The translations under genes and the position numbers were made by a program. A stretch of DNA of 44,124 nt from Octopus bimaculoides (taxonomy: Eukaryota): positions 61,059,443 through 61,103,566 of the forward strand of contig NC_068989.1 in NCBI RefSeq assembly GCF_001194135.2. The letters run 5' to 3'. Positions within the stretch are counted from its first letter, which is position 1; every line of letters begins with the position of its first letter. The notes beneath the pieces are model-generated. The model was not told the origin of the DNA and did no database searches. It saw nothing but the letters and a program-made list of their open reading frames with translations. This document shows positions 10,601 through 24,015 of this stretch, in pieces.

Positions 10601-12662
10601 CTAGCATACATATAAGATGTAAAAAGAAAATATTATGGTTAAACCTGTCAAGAACATTTGTTTCTAAAGCCATATGGCTGTGCAACGGTGAAAGCGAAAA
10701 GAAAGATTCAGTAAAAGAAGGAAGTTGCAATCTATATTAATACACAAAAAGAATTGTAAGAATTTCTTTAGACGTCTCTACAACAATCACTTTCGGAACA
10801 AGTGATGTAGCTGTCAGACTTTATATTGTTCTACTAAATATTATTGGTATTAAACATTTCTTCAGAATCTAATGGAATATCTATCAAACTGACAACAGCC
10901 TTTCAATTTTCTCATTGCAGAATTTCCTATGCCATAACTATTTAGGTTACTAACTTTAATGTTGATTTTTCTCCCACTATTACATTTAACGCTGGGCTTG
11001 TTTACATGTTTCTACTAATGCCATTAAAATAATGTTTCTTTTCTATATTCGTTTGTAATATTTGCCAACTGAAATATTGACTTAGCCAAAATGGTGCCAC
11101 AGCGAACATATCTCCATATGACATTTATTTCTGTCTCTCATGGAACATAAATTAAATACTCTTTAATTGACCATGAACTCCCACTTTAACGAAATGCGTG
11201 ACTCTATATCTATTAAATATGACTACAATATAATTATCACCAAGTCAAAAATAATACAAAATGTTTAATATTTTTGTGATATCAGAAATTCTATATTCAT
11301 AAGTCATGAAAATTATGTAATTCTATCTCACTATGTTCTCTCTTCAAGTACATCAGATGATGGCATTACATATGAATAAAAAAAACTGCACGCATGTATT
11401 TGAAAAATGTAGGACTAAGTGAACTTAAACCTGAAGTAGGCAACGGACTAAATGTAACTTAGAGAAGTCCGTAATCTTCTATTGGCAAATTCTGGAATAA
11501 ACAATGAACGCATGTCTAGTAGGAATACACTATCAGGAACTCACAACATAGTGCTAGTCTCCATTTTGTGTCCAATAAGAGCAATGTGTATTTTTTTATG
11601 ATTCTTGAAATGTTACTGAAGTAAAGTTGGATCGAATATTGATATCCTAAAATGTATAGTTTCTCATTCACTGACTAGATTTAATGAAGGGATACAGATT
11701 TAAGAATCTTTATCCTCAGCTTCATTCCTTGCAACGAAATTAATCTTTGGGATTAGAAATTATCTATGAGTTATATGCTAATGTTTTTTGGGGAAAATAT
11801 ATGCCTGCTTTAATTATATAAGTTGACGGTTTATGTCGCCATCTTTTTTGAAAGAAGATAAATCTTTTACCGAGGAGAAAAAAAATATTTATTTACCTAT
11901 AAAACGAGATCATTGCCTAAATTACTGTCTTATTTTCAGTTTCAATGTCTTGAAAGAAAGATAACGCATACCCTCTATAAATATGCGTTTTCAAATTTGA
12001 TTTAAAGAAGTGATTTTATCAAATATTGAATGCCTTCCTGTCAGAAAAAGCAATAAGGTACAGAACTGATAATTCTAATGATAAAGTGAGGAAAATAAAA
12101 GGAATGATTAATTCTCCAAAAAGTTTTACTGGTTCTAGAAATTATAATAGTTTGCCTGACTAACTTGCATCTCAATTAAACTTTTATCGCAGATTTAATT
12201 CACACTCTTGCAGAAGATGGGAGCAGTGGATACAAGAAAAAAGAGATTTTAGCTTTATTCTTAAAGTAACTTGAAAACACAGATCCACGTCTACTCTGCA
12301 TAATAATTTAGGACATTTCTTGCTGTGAAATATGTTGATGCAGGTTTATAATATCCATAACCCATAAGGGAGATGCAATTAATATTGTTTGCTATTTTTT
12401 CTTTTCAAAATGTATTTTTAGTGGAGTAATGTATCAACTTTTAAGAGAGAATTAAGGAAGCGTTAACGAGATTCTTTGAAATTATTGGGGATCTGGACGT
12501 GTATATTATCATAAGCTAATAATAATATTTTCAGTTTGGATGTAGGAAATAAATATTTCAACTATTGCAGTCTGTAAAACCAACTACAAGACACTTTTAT
12601 GTAGTTAAGCATTTGTTTAAATCAAAGTAGCATCAATCATCCCTTCCCTTCACATTATATAC

Positions 12663-12845
12663 TAACATGCGACGTTTTTCAATATTTTTTTTTGGCATTT
12701 TGAAGTAGAGCACAAACCAAGCAAGCTGAAATTTTTGGACGCAGATGCCAATTAAACGTTTATGTAACTGTGTAGCATTGACATTTACAAGTCTCTTAAT
12801 TTGACGAATGGTAGGATTTAAACTATTATGTTTTACATGAAACAT
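12663..12845 (-). CDS. Candidate internal exon (phase 0 to 0; MFHVKHNSLNPTIRQIKRLV...QKFQLAWFVLYFK...)
   Basis: Strong acceptor tttcattttttgttactttcacaaatactaag, 61 open codons in very AT-rich DNA, donor TTA|GTATAT. Confidence 0.35.
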
Positions 12846-13082
12846 CTTAGTATTTGTGAAAGTAACAAAAAATGAAAACGTCATGGTAATTACAATATTG
12901 AGTCTAATTATCTAAAAATGTTTTATAGTTGCATGAACAATTTCCTAGAAAAGAGATCAATATACTATTCTTTGTTAATGGTATTAACTATACATATCAA
13001 AAGAAACGTGAGATACCAAACTGGTTAATTATTTGCATTCATACATACATACATACATAATACATACGTACATATAAATATA

Positions 13083-13124
<42 letters not shown>

Positions 13125-14020
13125 TTTATGCATGATAGCTCTATATGGATATGTTTGATTTTATGTGTATACATGTGTATACATTTTGAATTTGCTGTAT
13201 ATTTATGTATATTTGTATATAATTTTACCCATATATGCGCATGCACATATATAAATGAGTGTCTATTCAGACATACATGTAAATAATCATTTGACTATCG
13301 ATTTGTTTCACAGCATGCGTTCAAAATTAGACTTAGCAACATTACAATTCCTCCAGACCCATTGGACAAGCATGTGTGTATACATACATACATACATACA
13401 TACATACATACATACATACATACATACATAATACACACACACACACACTCATATATACATACAGAAATAAATAAGAGACAAAAAATGGAATTCATGGAAT
13501 TCATGTAAATTCCATTTTCTGTCTGTTATCCATGTCTAGAAAATCTACGAACACCAAGTAATTCCTGAAGTAAATCCAGTAAATCCACAGGAAATGGATT
13601 TGAGTAAACTAAAACTTTTCCATGCGTACAAATTTTGAAGAAATATAGTAATGGTTCCGTAACTGTGAACGAAAATATAAAATATATACGAAGCATTGAG
13701 TTCTCTCCTACGTTTATATACGGTACATATATTTGTCCCTATGTGTATGTGTGCTTGTCTGAATGGGTGTTTCAATGTTGGTGTGTAATGAAATATCATA
13801 ACTGATAACGTTTAAAACTTTCAGCACCATAATTATAGGTGATATAAACCTTTACATCTAATTTCCGAAATAACGGCTCCCAGGATAACAATGCAGTATG
13901 TAGACATGAAAAAAACTTTAACGAAGAGACATTGATTCTCAATCGAATTTATATCCCTGCTCCATCTTAGTCTGGAAAATCACAGAATATAAATCTTGTA
14001 GTCAAAAATTCTAAGTTTCG

Positions 14021-14405
14021 ATGGCTGTGTGATAAGTAGCTTGCTTACCAACCACATGGTTCCGGGTTCAATCCCACTGCGTGGCATCTTGGGCAAGTGT
14101 CTTCTACTATAGCCTCGAGCCGACCAAAGCCTTGTAAGTGGATTTGGTAGACGGAAACTGAAAGAAGCCCGTCGTATATATGTGTATGTGTGTGTATATG
14201 TTTGTGTGTCTGTGTTTGTCCCCTCAACATCGCTTGACAACCGATGGTGGTGTGTTTACGTCCACGTTATCTAGCGGTTCGGCAAAATAGACCGATAGAA
14301 TAAGTACTAGGCTTCCAAAGAATAAGTCATGGCGTCGATTTGCTCGAGTAAAGGCGGTGCTCCAGCATGGCCACAGTCAAATGACTGAAACAAGTAAAAG
14401 AGAGT
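14021..14405 (+). mobile_element. tRNA-derived SINE family B, near full length
   Basis: Head with B-box GGGTTCAATCCC; core GGGCAAGTGTCTTCTACTATAGCCTCG..CCGACCAAAGCCTTG..AGTGGATTTGGTAGACGGAAACTGAAAGAAGCC; internal (TG)n; tail GGCGGTGCTCCAGCATGGCCACAGTC..ATGACTGAAACAAGTAAAAG. Confidence 0.9.
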
Positions 14406-14444
14406 AAGTATAATACATTTATTTCTTCAATGCCATTAACTTAC

Positions 14445-14628
14445 TTGTTATCTCGAATAGAAAACTTTTAAATGGAAAGAGGAAATATGCCAGCAAACAT
14501 TTTTCAAGTTCTTGATTTGAAACAGGAGGATTGACAAGTAATGTCCAGAGACTAACATTTGTATTAGTTACACAATAAAGGAACGGATGCGTTGTGTAGG
14601 ACAACTCGATGAAGGGATGCCTTTTCTG
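14445..14628 (-). CDS. Internal coding exon, tentatively MEI1-like (QKRHPFIELSYTTHPFLYCV...CLLAYFLF...)
   Basis: NAGNAG acceptor, donor AA|GTAAGT, 61 open codons; phase 0 start matches exon 17995-18050; PFIELSYTTHPFL resembles recalled human MEI1 PDLQLVYTHHPLL. Alternative phase-0 donor at 14571. Confidence 0.55.
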
Positions 14629-15533
14629 CTGTAAATTGAGTCCTATAACGTCTAATATATTCTCTTTTCAGAATTCAGTAATTCAAAATATTACAAATGT
14701 TCTTTTCTGCAGATATTTTTTTGTTTGTTTCACTTTCATTTTTTCATACTCCTTATAACAAGTAACCGTTGATAAAATATGTACCAGGTCCCGTGTGATC
14801 GATTATAACGTAAGGAACGGTGATTCCACATTCACTTATTTAATTTCATTGAACCAAACAAGCAAAAGAATACCATTAGATTTCAGATGGCAGTAAATGT
14901 TTAGACGCGAGTAAATGATGCCATTTTTAGGAGCGAAAAGGGATTTACCTGTAGTATCGATATGGTAGCTAGAAACACAATTATCAATGAATAGTCGACT
15001 GTCGACGTTTATCGTGTTAATTTGGCTGATATAAACTAAAGTGATCCGCGGAATTTATCATGATGGATACTTACTTCAGTTAGCAAAGTATGGTGAAAAG
15101 ATTGAAGTGCAGTAGGAGTGGAAATTCAAAGGAGAAACGTTAATAATAGGCTAATGTCAGTGTGGTTCTTTCACCACCAGATTCAGTAGGAGATTAGTTT
15201 ACAGAAGTGGAAAGAAGGATAATTCACTGCTACAAATAAGATACATGTGATGAAGCAACTGACGTTGAAATATCACCGGCTACGTCACTAACTCTCTATC
15301 CTGTTAGATATGGATTAAAGTAATCCAAGCAAATACCTCATTCAGTAGTACATGTAAAGGTAGTTGGCTAACAGAATGTCAAGTGAAGAAGATGGAAATC
15401 CTTATAGGTAAATCCACATGTTGTTCTATTCAACCTGTAAGTCCGAGGAGATTGACAAGACACATTCAATATATATAAATAAAAAAAATATCAAACATAT
15501 TGTCGTCAAGCGTAGATGTAGTTATTTCTATAG

Positions 15534-15760
15534 GCGCAGAGCTGGCTTTGCGTAAGAAGCTTGCTCTCAGCACATAGTACAGGCTTCCGTTCCATTTTAT
15601 GGCACTTTGTTCAAGTATCTGCTACTACAGCCTCGTTCAACCAAAACCCTGTGAATGGATCTGTTAGACGGAAACTGAAAGAATGTTTGTGCTTGTTTAT
15701 CACTCACTACCACTTGAAAATCTGGTGTGGTTTGTTTACATCCCCTTGTTCAGTAATGAA
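15534..15760 (+). mobile_element. SINE family B, degenerate
   Basis: Shares CTACTACAGCCTCG, AGACGGAAACTGAAAGAA and GTGG.TTGTTTACATCC with 14021-14405. Confidence 0.75.
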
Positions 15761-15971
15761 CAAAGGTAAACTATAAACCCACAAACAATTACAAGAAGTG
15801 CAGACACTATATTTACCCTGAAAATAACCTCTAGAACCAGTGTTCATGCCAGGAAAGCAATTTCTAGTTGCCAAACGTGAAACCCAAACCAATGAATAAG
15901 CAGAAGTACTGGAACATTTTCAAGCACCAGTAGGATATTAAGTTGTGTGATATCAGCTAAAGACGAACAGC

Positions 15972-16059
15972 ATTGACAGTTACTTTGAAGTTTTGTCCAG
16001 CTATCATCATACAGTCCCAAGATGGCTAAGCTGTCCGAAACTTCAAAGTGACTGTCAAT
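15972..16059 (+). other. Isolated 88-nt inverted repeat (31-bp stem)
   Basis: Arms 15972-16002 and 16029-16059 give 27 Watson-Crick pairs, 2 G.U pairs and 2 adjacent mismatches on the + strand; 26-nt interior with a possible TCATC/GATGG inner stem. Confidence 0.85.
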
Positions 16060-16186
16060 ATTATGTTTGCTTACGAATAACAAATTTGTACTTTATGTAG
16101 ACATAAAATCAAACATGCACTATATATATATATATATATATATACTGTTTTGTCTGGGGAGAGGAGACTCATTAATTTTTAATGCT

Positions 16187-16219
<33 letters not shown>

Positions 16220-16599
16220 NNNNNNNNNNNNNNNNNNNNNNNNNNNNNNNNNNNNNNNNNNNNNNNNNNNNNNNNNNNNNNNNNNNNNNNNNNNNNNNNN
16301 NNNNNNNNNNNNNNNNNNNNNNNNNNNNNNNNNNNNNNNNNNNNNNNNNNNNNNNNNNNNNNNNNNNNNNNNNNNNNNNNNNNNNNNNNNNNNNNNNNNN
16401 NNNNNNNNNNNNNNNNNATATATATATACATATACACGTTATTCAAATAAATTCAAACTTTCATTTTCACGTTTCATTTACAATCTTATAATAATATAAT
16501 ATAATATAATGAAATGATAGAATATTAAATGTCCATTCTGATTGACCTAGTACATTCCATAATTAAATTATGCAATCTTCAGTTTCATGTAGTAGTGGT

Positions 16600-17590
16600 G
16601 ACAGTTATGCTTTAATATCCCTCGATGTCAAGTTGAATGAATTTACTGTGTTTTTTTTATTTGGAGTTCGTTGAGCCAGCTGATTACAGCCTGTGTATAT
16701 GACCACAGTGTTAGGGTGCTTTTAGATCTTAGTTTTGGCATTATTCTATCTATTAATCATCTTACATATCCTCCAGAGTCCGATTTCGAAGGCAGGATTA
16801 GTCTAACTGATAAGGCACTCACAAAATTCGGTTTATGTTCTTCCAGCGATATCCGGGGTTCCTTGGTGCATAAGGTTGAGTCCTTTAGTCTATATCTAGG
16901 TAGTTCACTATTACTAAACCCCTTCCGTTGATTCTATTTAGTGTATCAGCGTGTGCATGACTATATTTACCACATAGTCCCTTACGTATTAAATTCTCAT
17001 AAAGGTCAGAATCAACAACGTAAATATTACCGGTTTTATCCGCTTGTGCATGTGTTTCCGGGGCCTTCTCAAACTCACCGATTAGCTTCCTTAGTTGTTG
17101 TTGGTGCGGGTCGTTCCTTCTGTGTTTTTATTTCTAAATTATAAATCTCCGACGATGTTGCATAGCTCTTCTTTGAATCTTTTGATGTGTTTATTGGTTG
17201 GTGGGTTATTCTGTGATTTAAATTCCCGTTTAAGTGTGTTGTGTGGTTCGGACTTGTTCGGTTGCTCATTATTTTTGTCAGAAACTGCAAGCTTTCCATC
17301 ACATTCTGCAAATAGATTGGCTGGTCTTCAAAAGGAGTGACCTCATGTATTCTTTTCTGCTCAGTATAGGTATACTATTGAATGAGACGTCTAATACGAT
17401 TTTTTTCCATCTTCCTTGCACATTAATCAATGGCACCTTCCTCCATAACACGGATGATGGTTTAGATATTTAATACTTTTGGACTAATGGGTATATGTCG
17501 ATTAGTGTGTTGAAGTCTTGAATAGAGCACTGGCACAGTTTGGGCTACCGGGTGTCATCTGCGGTTGGGGTATATTTCCTTTACGGTATC
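16600..17590 (-). mobile_element. Penelope-like element remnant (ORF N-terminus to RT motif A)
   Basis: FNSIPILSRKEYMRSLLLKTSQSICRM*WKACSF, then ISLEEHKPNFVSALSVRLILPSKSDSGG...IDRIMPKLR...LWSYTQAVISWL.../KFIQLDIEGY, matching PLE motifs IPIP..EY..RMRWKA, KDHKPNF..RLI.P.KS and F.Q.DI. Confidence 0.85.
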
Positions 17591-17994
17591 GTAAATTGTA
17601 AATAAGAAAAGAAAACTGTCTTCAATATATATGCGTGGCTGTATACATATGCATGCCAACCTACACACACAAACTTATAATTATACACTGACATGCACAA
17701 ACACGCATATAGCTCATCTGAATAAGAGGAAAATATGAGCTAAATACGTGTAATACAGATTATTTCATTGCTCTACATTCTTATACGTGAAATCACAGTG
17801 TCACATACACAGGCAGATGCACACATGCACACAAGCACACACAATATATTTATACATATATATTTGGCGATCTGTTCTGGAAATAGGATTTTCTCTTTCA
17901 GATTAAGTGTATAAGAGTGATTTGAGTGAGAGACGCTGCAGGCACCATTGCCGGAAAGTAATTTGGTTTCTGCTATGTATGTCATTTTGCTTAC

Positions 17995-18050
17995 ATTACT
18001 GATAACGTCTCCTTTTAAAAACAAAATGATCCCTTGGATTATTGTCCTAT
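17995..18050 (-). CDS. Internal coding exon, tentatively MEI1-like (DRTIIQGIILFLKGDVISN)
   Basis: Acceptor gatattttgttacttag, donor AAT|GTAAGC, only one open frame (phase 1 to 0), compatible with both neighbours; TIIQGIILFLKG resembles recalled MEI1 TMVSAIRKFLEG. Confidence 0.55.
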
Positions 18051-18074
18051 CTAAGTAACAAAATATCCCATTAC

Positions 18075-18195
18075 ATTTGTGTTTATATTTATGTATATAT
18101 TTTTATCTATATATGTTTATATATATATATACATATGCATGTATATATGTTTGTGTCTATATGCACATGTATATATGTTTGTATACATACATACA

Positions 18196-18280
<85 letters not shown>

Positions 18281-18320
18281 ATATACGCGCTCGCCCACAC
18301 ACACACACATATATGCACAA
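18075..18320. repeat. (TA)n/(TG)n compound microsatellite
   Basis: Direct reading; source of several spurious YI/CV ORFs. Confidence 0.95.
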
Positions 18321-19069
18321 CATTAAATCGACATTTATATTTACATATTGGATTTCTTTTGTTCATTATATTAAAAATAATTTTGCTTCAGCTATTAATA
18401 TTTCATCATCCATATATATTCCGGTATTTCTTCCAATGCTGTGTATGCATAGGTTTAATACGTATGGAGTCCGAACAATTTCGATGTCACCGGAGAAAGT
18501 ATTATTACGAAGAAAGGTATCTTGCTGTGAATATGGGAATTTAAAGTAGATAACATGTATATAATAATAGGATTTTAAATTGGATTTCGTCAGTCTTGGT
18601 TAAAAGCATTGTTTCAGCAATACAAATAGTAACCGATTTAAAGAAACAGTATGTGACGTGATGAAAAAAATGTGTAACTTACAAACACTGTATGCAAGCA
18701 TGCATTAGATGTATTGCAATTAAGAGCAGTGTGAGCATGAACAAAGTTCTTTCATTTTTTAAACATGATAACACGTCATTGTATGAATGTGGTATTCATC
18801 TGAACTATCTATAGCTACAATTAATCATATAGAATATCGATTCTTTACTGATGACTAATAGACATACTGGAGACATTAGATCTTCGAAGTGTAACGTTGT
18901 TGCTGTTAATTTTATGGTATCTTAACAAACAGTTGAATGGTGAAAGTTCGCGTAACCTATAAGAGATATAGAATCGGCTTTTTCACTACAAATCAACTAC
19001 AGTTACTAGTGTTGCTAGTGGAAGTACTATCGTTGTTACTAGTAATGCATGTGTTTTTTGCTCCTGCTT

Positions 19070-19112
19070 CCAGTACTACTGCTATTGTTTCTGCTGCTGC
19101 TGCCGCTGCTGT

Positions 19113-19189
<77 letters not shown>

Positions 19190-19190
19190 T
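19070..19190. repeat. (CTG)n/(CTA)n microsatellite
   Basis: Direct reading. Confidence 0.95.
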
Positions 19191-19574
19191 GTTGCAAATT
19201 TGGAATGTTTTAATTACTTTTAATTTGTCTAGTCTCCAGGTTTCTACTTTACATTACTATGCAGCTGTTCTGTTTCGAGTTATGTCACATTACCTAAACA
19301 TACAGAACATTTAGAAAAGACACAAATAATGTTTTTATTTACTTCTTGAATACATCGATTACTTATTTCATTTATTGGATTGCGACCATACTAGGGCAAA
19401 GCTTAAACTGTTCAGTCAAATGTTCCTACAGTTTTTTCTTCATAAAAACTGGTGCTTAATTATATCTATATGTTTTGTCGAAACTTTATGTTATGTGGAT
19501 GTACAGGAACCAACACTGATTTTCAAACGGTTATGGGAGGCAAATACAACGCAAACGGCCACATGTATTCACCG

Positions 19575-19737
19575 AAGGCTTTCACACAATTGCCGTCTAC
19601 CGAATTCATTCACTAGACATTGGTCAATACTGGGCTATAGAAGAAGACACATGTCTAAGGTACCGGAAGTGTGCCTGAATCCGAAAGCAAGCGTTTCCAA
19701 ATTGAGCTTCTTAACCAAACAGCTATACCTGCGCCTA
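19575..19737 (-). mobile_element. SINE family B-related head, antisense to the other B copies
   Basis: GCCGTCTACCGAATTC...GGGCTATAGAAGAAGACACATGTCTAAGGTACC...TGAATCCG is the reverse complement of the family B head/core. Confidence 0.75.
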
Positions 19738-21090
19738 CAATATCGAAATTTCAATATTATAACAATATCATGAAATTAGCTAGTTAGAAAATCACTATAA
19801 GAGATGAAAGCTAAAACTATACTGAAAAGTAATGTTTATTGCCTCTTAAACATTGCTGCTCCATAGGAACCGACGTTACTTCTATTTTTAACACCAGGAG
19901 AGCGCTCTCTCCAGCTGGTTATTCAACGGTAGGCGTTCACTCTCCTACTTGAAATATATATCGGGTGCAGATTGCATCGAATAACCAGCTGTATTGGCAT
20001 CTTCCTGGGGTTAAAAATACCAGTAACCTCGGTTTCTACAGAGCTGTCATGCTTAAGTAGCAATAAACATTACTTCTTCACTATATAATATTTTATATTA
20101 ATTTTTTCGTCAAATGTGTTCGCATATTTCTAGACTAAAAGTGAAAAATACAATAAAATAAGGCATTAAGAATTTAAAATTCTTGTACGTCAGGATCAAA
20201 TTTATGAATTATTAATAATACTCTCTAGCCTTCTTTGAATTTATACAAATTTTCAGAAAGAACTGCATTACATATCCGTTTTTCTTGAAAAAGTGATACG
20301 CTATACGAACGTCTATTTAATCATATATATGGACATCCACATATATGCGTATATGTATATTGTATACACGTGAATATGTATACATGCATATATATCTTTA
20401 TATATGCAAGTACATGCATATATGCATATATTGTATACACGTGAATATGTATACATGCATATATATCTTCATCTGCGTATGTGTGTATGCGTATATACAG
20501 ACTATTTTGTTGACTATACTTAAATACAAATATGTTTTCCTCTTAGGTTAGAAGCTGAATTGTCCTCCATTAAAGAGAAACTTGCGCACAAAAAAAAAAC
20601 AACACAAATACATTCCATCAGATACACCTCCTCCCTTTTATATTTTACTATACATATATATCCATACCAAATAAATGCTAGTTGAAAGACTGTTTGAACG
20701 TCGGGTTCCTTGAACATGCATTTTATTCTGATATTTCAAAAATAGTAATGATATACATGTTTTACAGAGTTGAATTGTGGAGCTGAATAAACATGAGTGT
20801 TTAGTTAGAAATCTTTTTGCATTTGTCCACGCAACAACGTCGATATATGTATATATATTTGATTACATAATTAATTTTCTCGGAATTGTTTTTAAAAATG
20901 CCATTACGTTTATTTTTCTTCAAAGGAACGAATGTCGTTTTTATCTGTGAAATTTTGTTTGTATAAGTTACATTACATCGAAATCTACTAAACTAGCACA
21001 TAAGTTATTTTTATTTTTCTCCTGAGAAACAGCTGATCTTGTGTAAGGAAGACATTTTTGATTCTCAATTGGAAATGCACTGTACATATT

Positions 21091-21303
21091 GGCTTCAAAT
21101 TTTGGAACAGGCGAGCTATTTTGAGGGAGTAAGTCGTTTACATCGGCCGCAGTGCTCAAATGGCACTTATTTTATCAAGTGCCCCGAACGGATGAAAAGC
21201 AAAGTCGACATCGGCGGCATTTGAACTCAGAACGTAGAGACGGGTGAAATACTGCCAAGCATTTTGGCTGGCGTGTAAACGGTTCTGCCAGCTCACCACC
21301 TTA
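21091..21303 (-). mobile_element. SINE family A, near full length
   Basis: Minus strand AAGGTGGTGAGCTGGCAGAACCG...CGTTCTGAGTTCAAATGCCGCCGATGTCGACTTTGCTTTTCATCC...CAAAATTTGAAGCC. Confidence 0.88.
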
Positions 21304-21380
21304 ATACACTGTACAAATTGGCAATAGATTATTCCTTTGCGGTGATTAGTTAGAAAGCGAAAGAGGGAGATAGGGAGAAT

Positions 21381-21384
<4 letters not shown>

Positions 21385-21458
<74 letters not shown>

Positions 21459-21460
21459 AA
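21385..21460. repeat. (GA)n microsatellite
   Basis: Direct reading. Confidence 0.95.
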
Positions 21461-22122
21461 GAGAGAGAAAATGGGAAAGGAGAGAGGGAGTGGAAGGGAA
21501 GGAAAGAGTGAGAAATGGAGAGAGAGACATGGGAGGTATTTGTTAAATCTAAATAAAGTGGTTTGAATTCTGAGTGTCATATATCAAGTAGGTTTTAGAT
21601 GACTGAGGATATAATGGGGTATCATTCTGTTTAGTTCAGATTAATGAACCCAGTACGTATTACAATCGTATATCTATTTGATTAATATCTATTTTATTAC
21701 GGAACTTACCAGATATATAACAATGTAGTATAAACAAAAATATCACTTTCATACCGTTATAAAAATATGATACCAGGGCATTATGTACATACGTCATTCT
21801 TCAGTTTTATTTCACGATTTCATGCCAGATTACTTTTGTCTGTGTGTATGTATATGTGAAGATTGTATGTTTTTGTTTTATGTAGGTATTCTCATGCATA
21901 TAGCTGCATATCTAGACATGCTCATAAACATTTAAATGATAAACTTCTGAAAAGTTTTACAAATTTTTACAGTTCCAGTGATGAATTGGATCTGTAGTCT
22001 TTGAATTAGCTTTCTCCTTCCTGAATTTGCGAAGACTGTTTTCTCAAAATTAGTACTTAGGAAGTGTGTTACATATCTCAGGGCATGTATGTATGTATGT
22101 ATGTATGTATATACGGGTATAG

Positions 22123-22370
22123 TTGACTGATAAGAAGTTTTCTCCCCAACCAAGTAGTTCCGGGTTCATTCCCACTACGTGACATCATGGGCTTACTATA
22201 CTCTACTCGGGCCAATCAAATTCTTGTGAGCGGATTTTGGTTGGCAGAAACTGAAAGAAATCCGAATTAAGGAAAATATACATTGCGATCGATTCGTTAG
22301 ACTAAAATTCCTTAAGACGGTGCTCCAGTATGACAGCATTCTTGTGACTGAAATAAGTGAAAAGTTAAAA
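22123..22370 (+). mobile_element. SINE family B, internally deleted
   Basis: GTTCCGGGTTCATTCCCACTACGTG..., GAAACTGAAAGAA, and tail GACGGTGCTCCAGTATG...TGACTGAAATAAGT. Confidence 0.75.
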
Positions 22371-22862
22371 AGATGTATATAGAGTGAGTGGACAAAATAA
22401 TCGAAACATCACATTTTCCTTTGGGGGAAGGGGGCTCTTTCCAATATGAGAAATTTATAAGTTTCCAGTGTGTAAGTATAGACATGATGTATGTATGCCT
22501 TGTACTTCACGATGTAGCCTTATATTTTCTATTTTTGCAGATGTTTTATAACTATATAAGTTAAAATACGTGCCCTGTCTGATTTTGAGAGAAAACAAAT
22601 TCATGGTGCCTGATGCATAGAGCTTCACTTAATAAAACTGTAAAATATTGATCTCTGATGGTAGAATAAACTTCGAAATGTCTGAGCATCTACAGGTGAA
22701 ACTCAGTGTAACAAGAAACAGGATCGGCTAAAATATAAAATGTCATTAATCTCTACTACAGCATCCCACACACTCATCCCCATCCACACCTCCACACATG
22801 CATCCACCACACATGCATCCACCACACATACAAACATACATATATACATACATAATACATAC

Positions 22863-22904
<42 letters not shown>

Positions 22905-23945
22905 AATATACACACATTCATATTCAGGTATTAAATTAGAACAGAGTTTCACATATAACTGCCGGATATAATGGAATGAATTTAGGCACTATAAACCTCT
23001 AAATTTATTCATGTTTTAGTAGTATTCGAAAAACATTTCCACCACGATATTCTGAAAATTAATGTTTGCTGTTTTCGGATTATTATATTCGAATATCAGA
23101 ACGGTTATGTATAACATACCTGCAGAAGAATAAGCTAATCTATGCTACCCATAAAATTGAGAACAATATTAATATGTGAATATCGTGGTATATCTACTAT
23201 TCCTCCAGTATATGGGATCTTTCTGAATAGAAAGTTGTACAGTAATTTTCCGTAAATTTGTATGACTCTTCTACAAATTTAATGCGTGGCTGTGATAAAA
23301 CACTAGTATTTATACATACCCACCATTATATTTCTCTTTTCTAGAAAAAGCAATGTTTAATCATAGGTATGTAATAAAAGTAAATATATATGGAATGAAA
23401 ATATACATAATGTTTAAACGAAGTTTGTTAAATGTAACTGATCTGTTTGAACAAATTTCATTATTTAATTAAACATTCGAACCATTAAAATTTTAAATTG
23501 AAATAAGATCATGGCTAAATATATCCACCATCGCACTGTGATCGATTTATTTAATACCCATAAAATCCTGAGATCAGTTGTGCGGAACGACTAATATTGA
23601 CCTATTATATGATTGTATATTATTTTCAAAGTCGCAAATTTCAAAATAGAAATGGAGTTGCATATATACTTGATACAGTATAGAAAATGTCTTCACAGAC
23701 CGTTTCACATCTAGGATATGCTTAGTACATTGATTATAATATATGCACACCAATAACAACGAACCTAATACGATTAATGGACATGTATATTTGCTATTTG
23801 CATCATATAAAGATAAATAAACAGCCCAATATTTTCGACATCGCAAATAATTTTGTATCACTGTATATTTATTCACTTCAAAAGTGTTCTGTACATTCAA
23901 ATATAATTTTGATAATCATAAAAAAAGCACAAAATAAAATCTTAC

Positions 23946-24015
23946 CATGCAATATCTTTGCTGCTAAACAGTGAATGCAATCTGTTTTATGTACAGAGAG
24001 AAACATCCTGGAAAC
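23946..24015 (-). CDS. Internal coding exon (VSRMFLSVHKTDCIHCLAAKILH)
   Basis: Excellent acceptor cttattcttttctcctcactttcag and donor ATG|GTAAG; only one frame is open throughout (phase 0 to 1), fitting both neighbours. Confidence 0.6.

Noticed and set aside
12193-13604. Possible plus-strand exons (12193-12265 FNSHSCRRWEQWIQEKRDFSFILK; ~13546-13604 KIYEHQVIPEVNP...)
   Set aside because: Phase-compatible but unrecognised, with weak donors, two open frames and no further chain; expected by chance opposite the better-supported minus-strand model.
17531-17570. Hammerhead relic at the 5' end of the Penelope remnant (minus CAGATGA...CAAAC TGT)
   Set aside because: Both core boxes are mutated and stem II does not pair.
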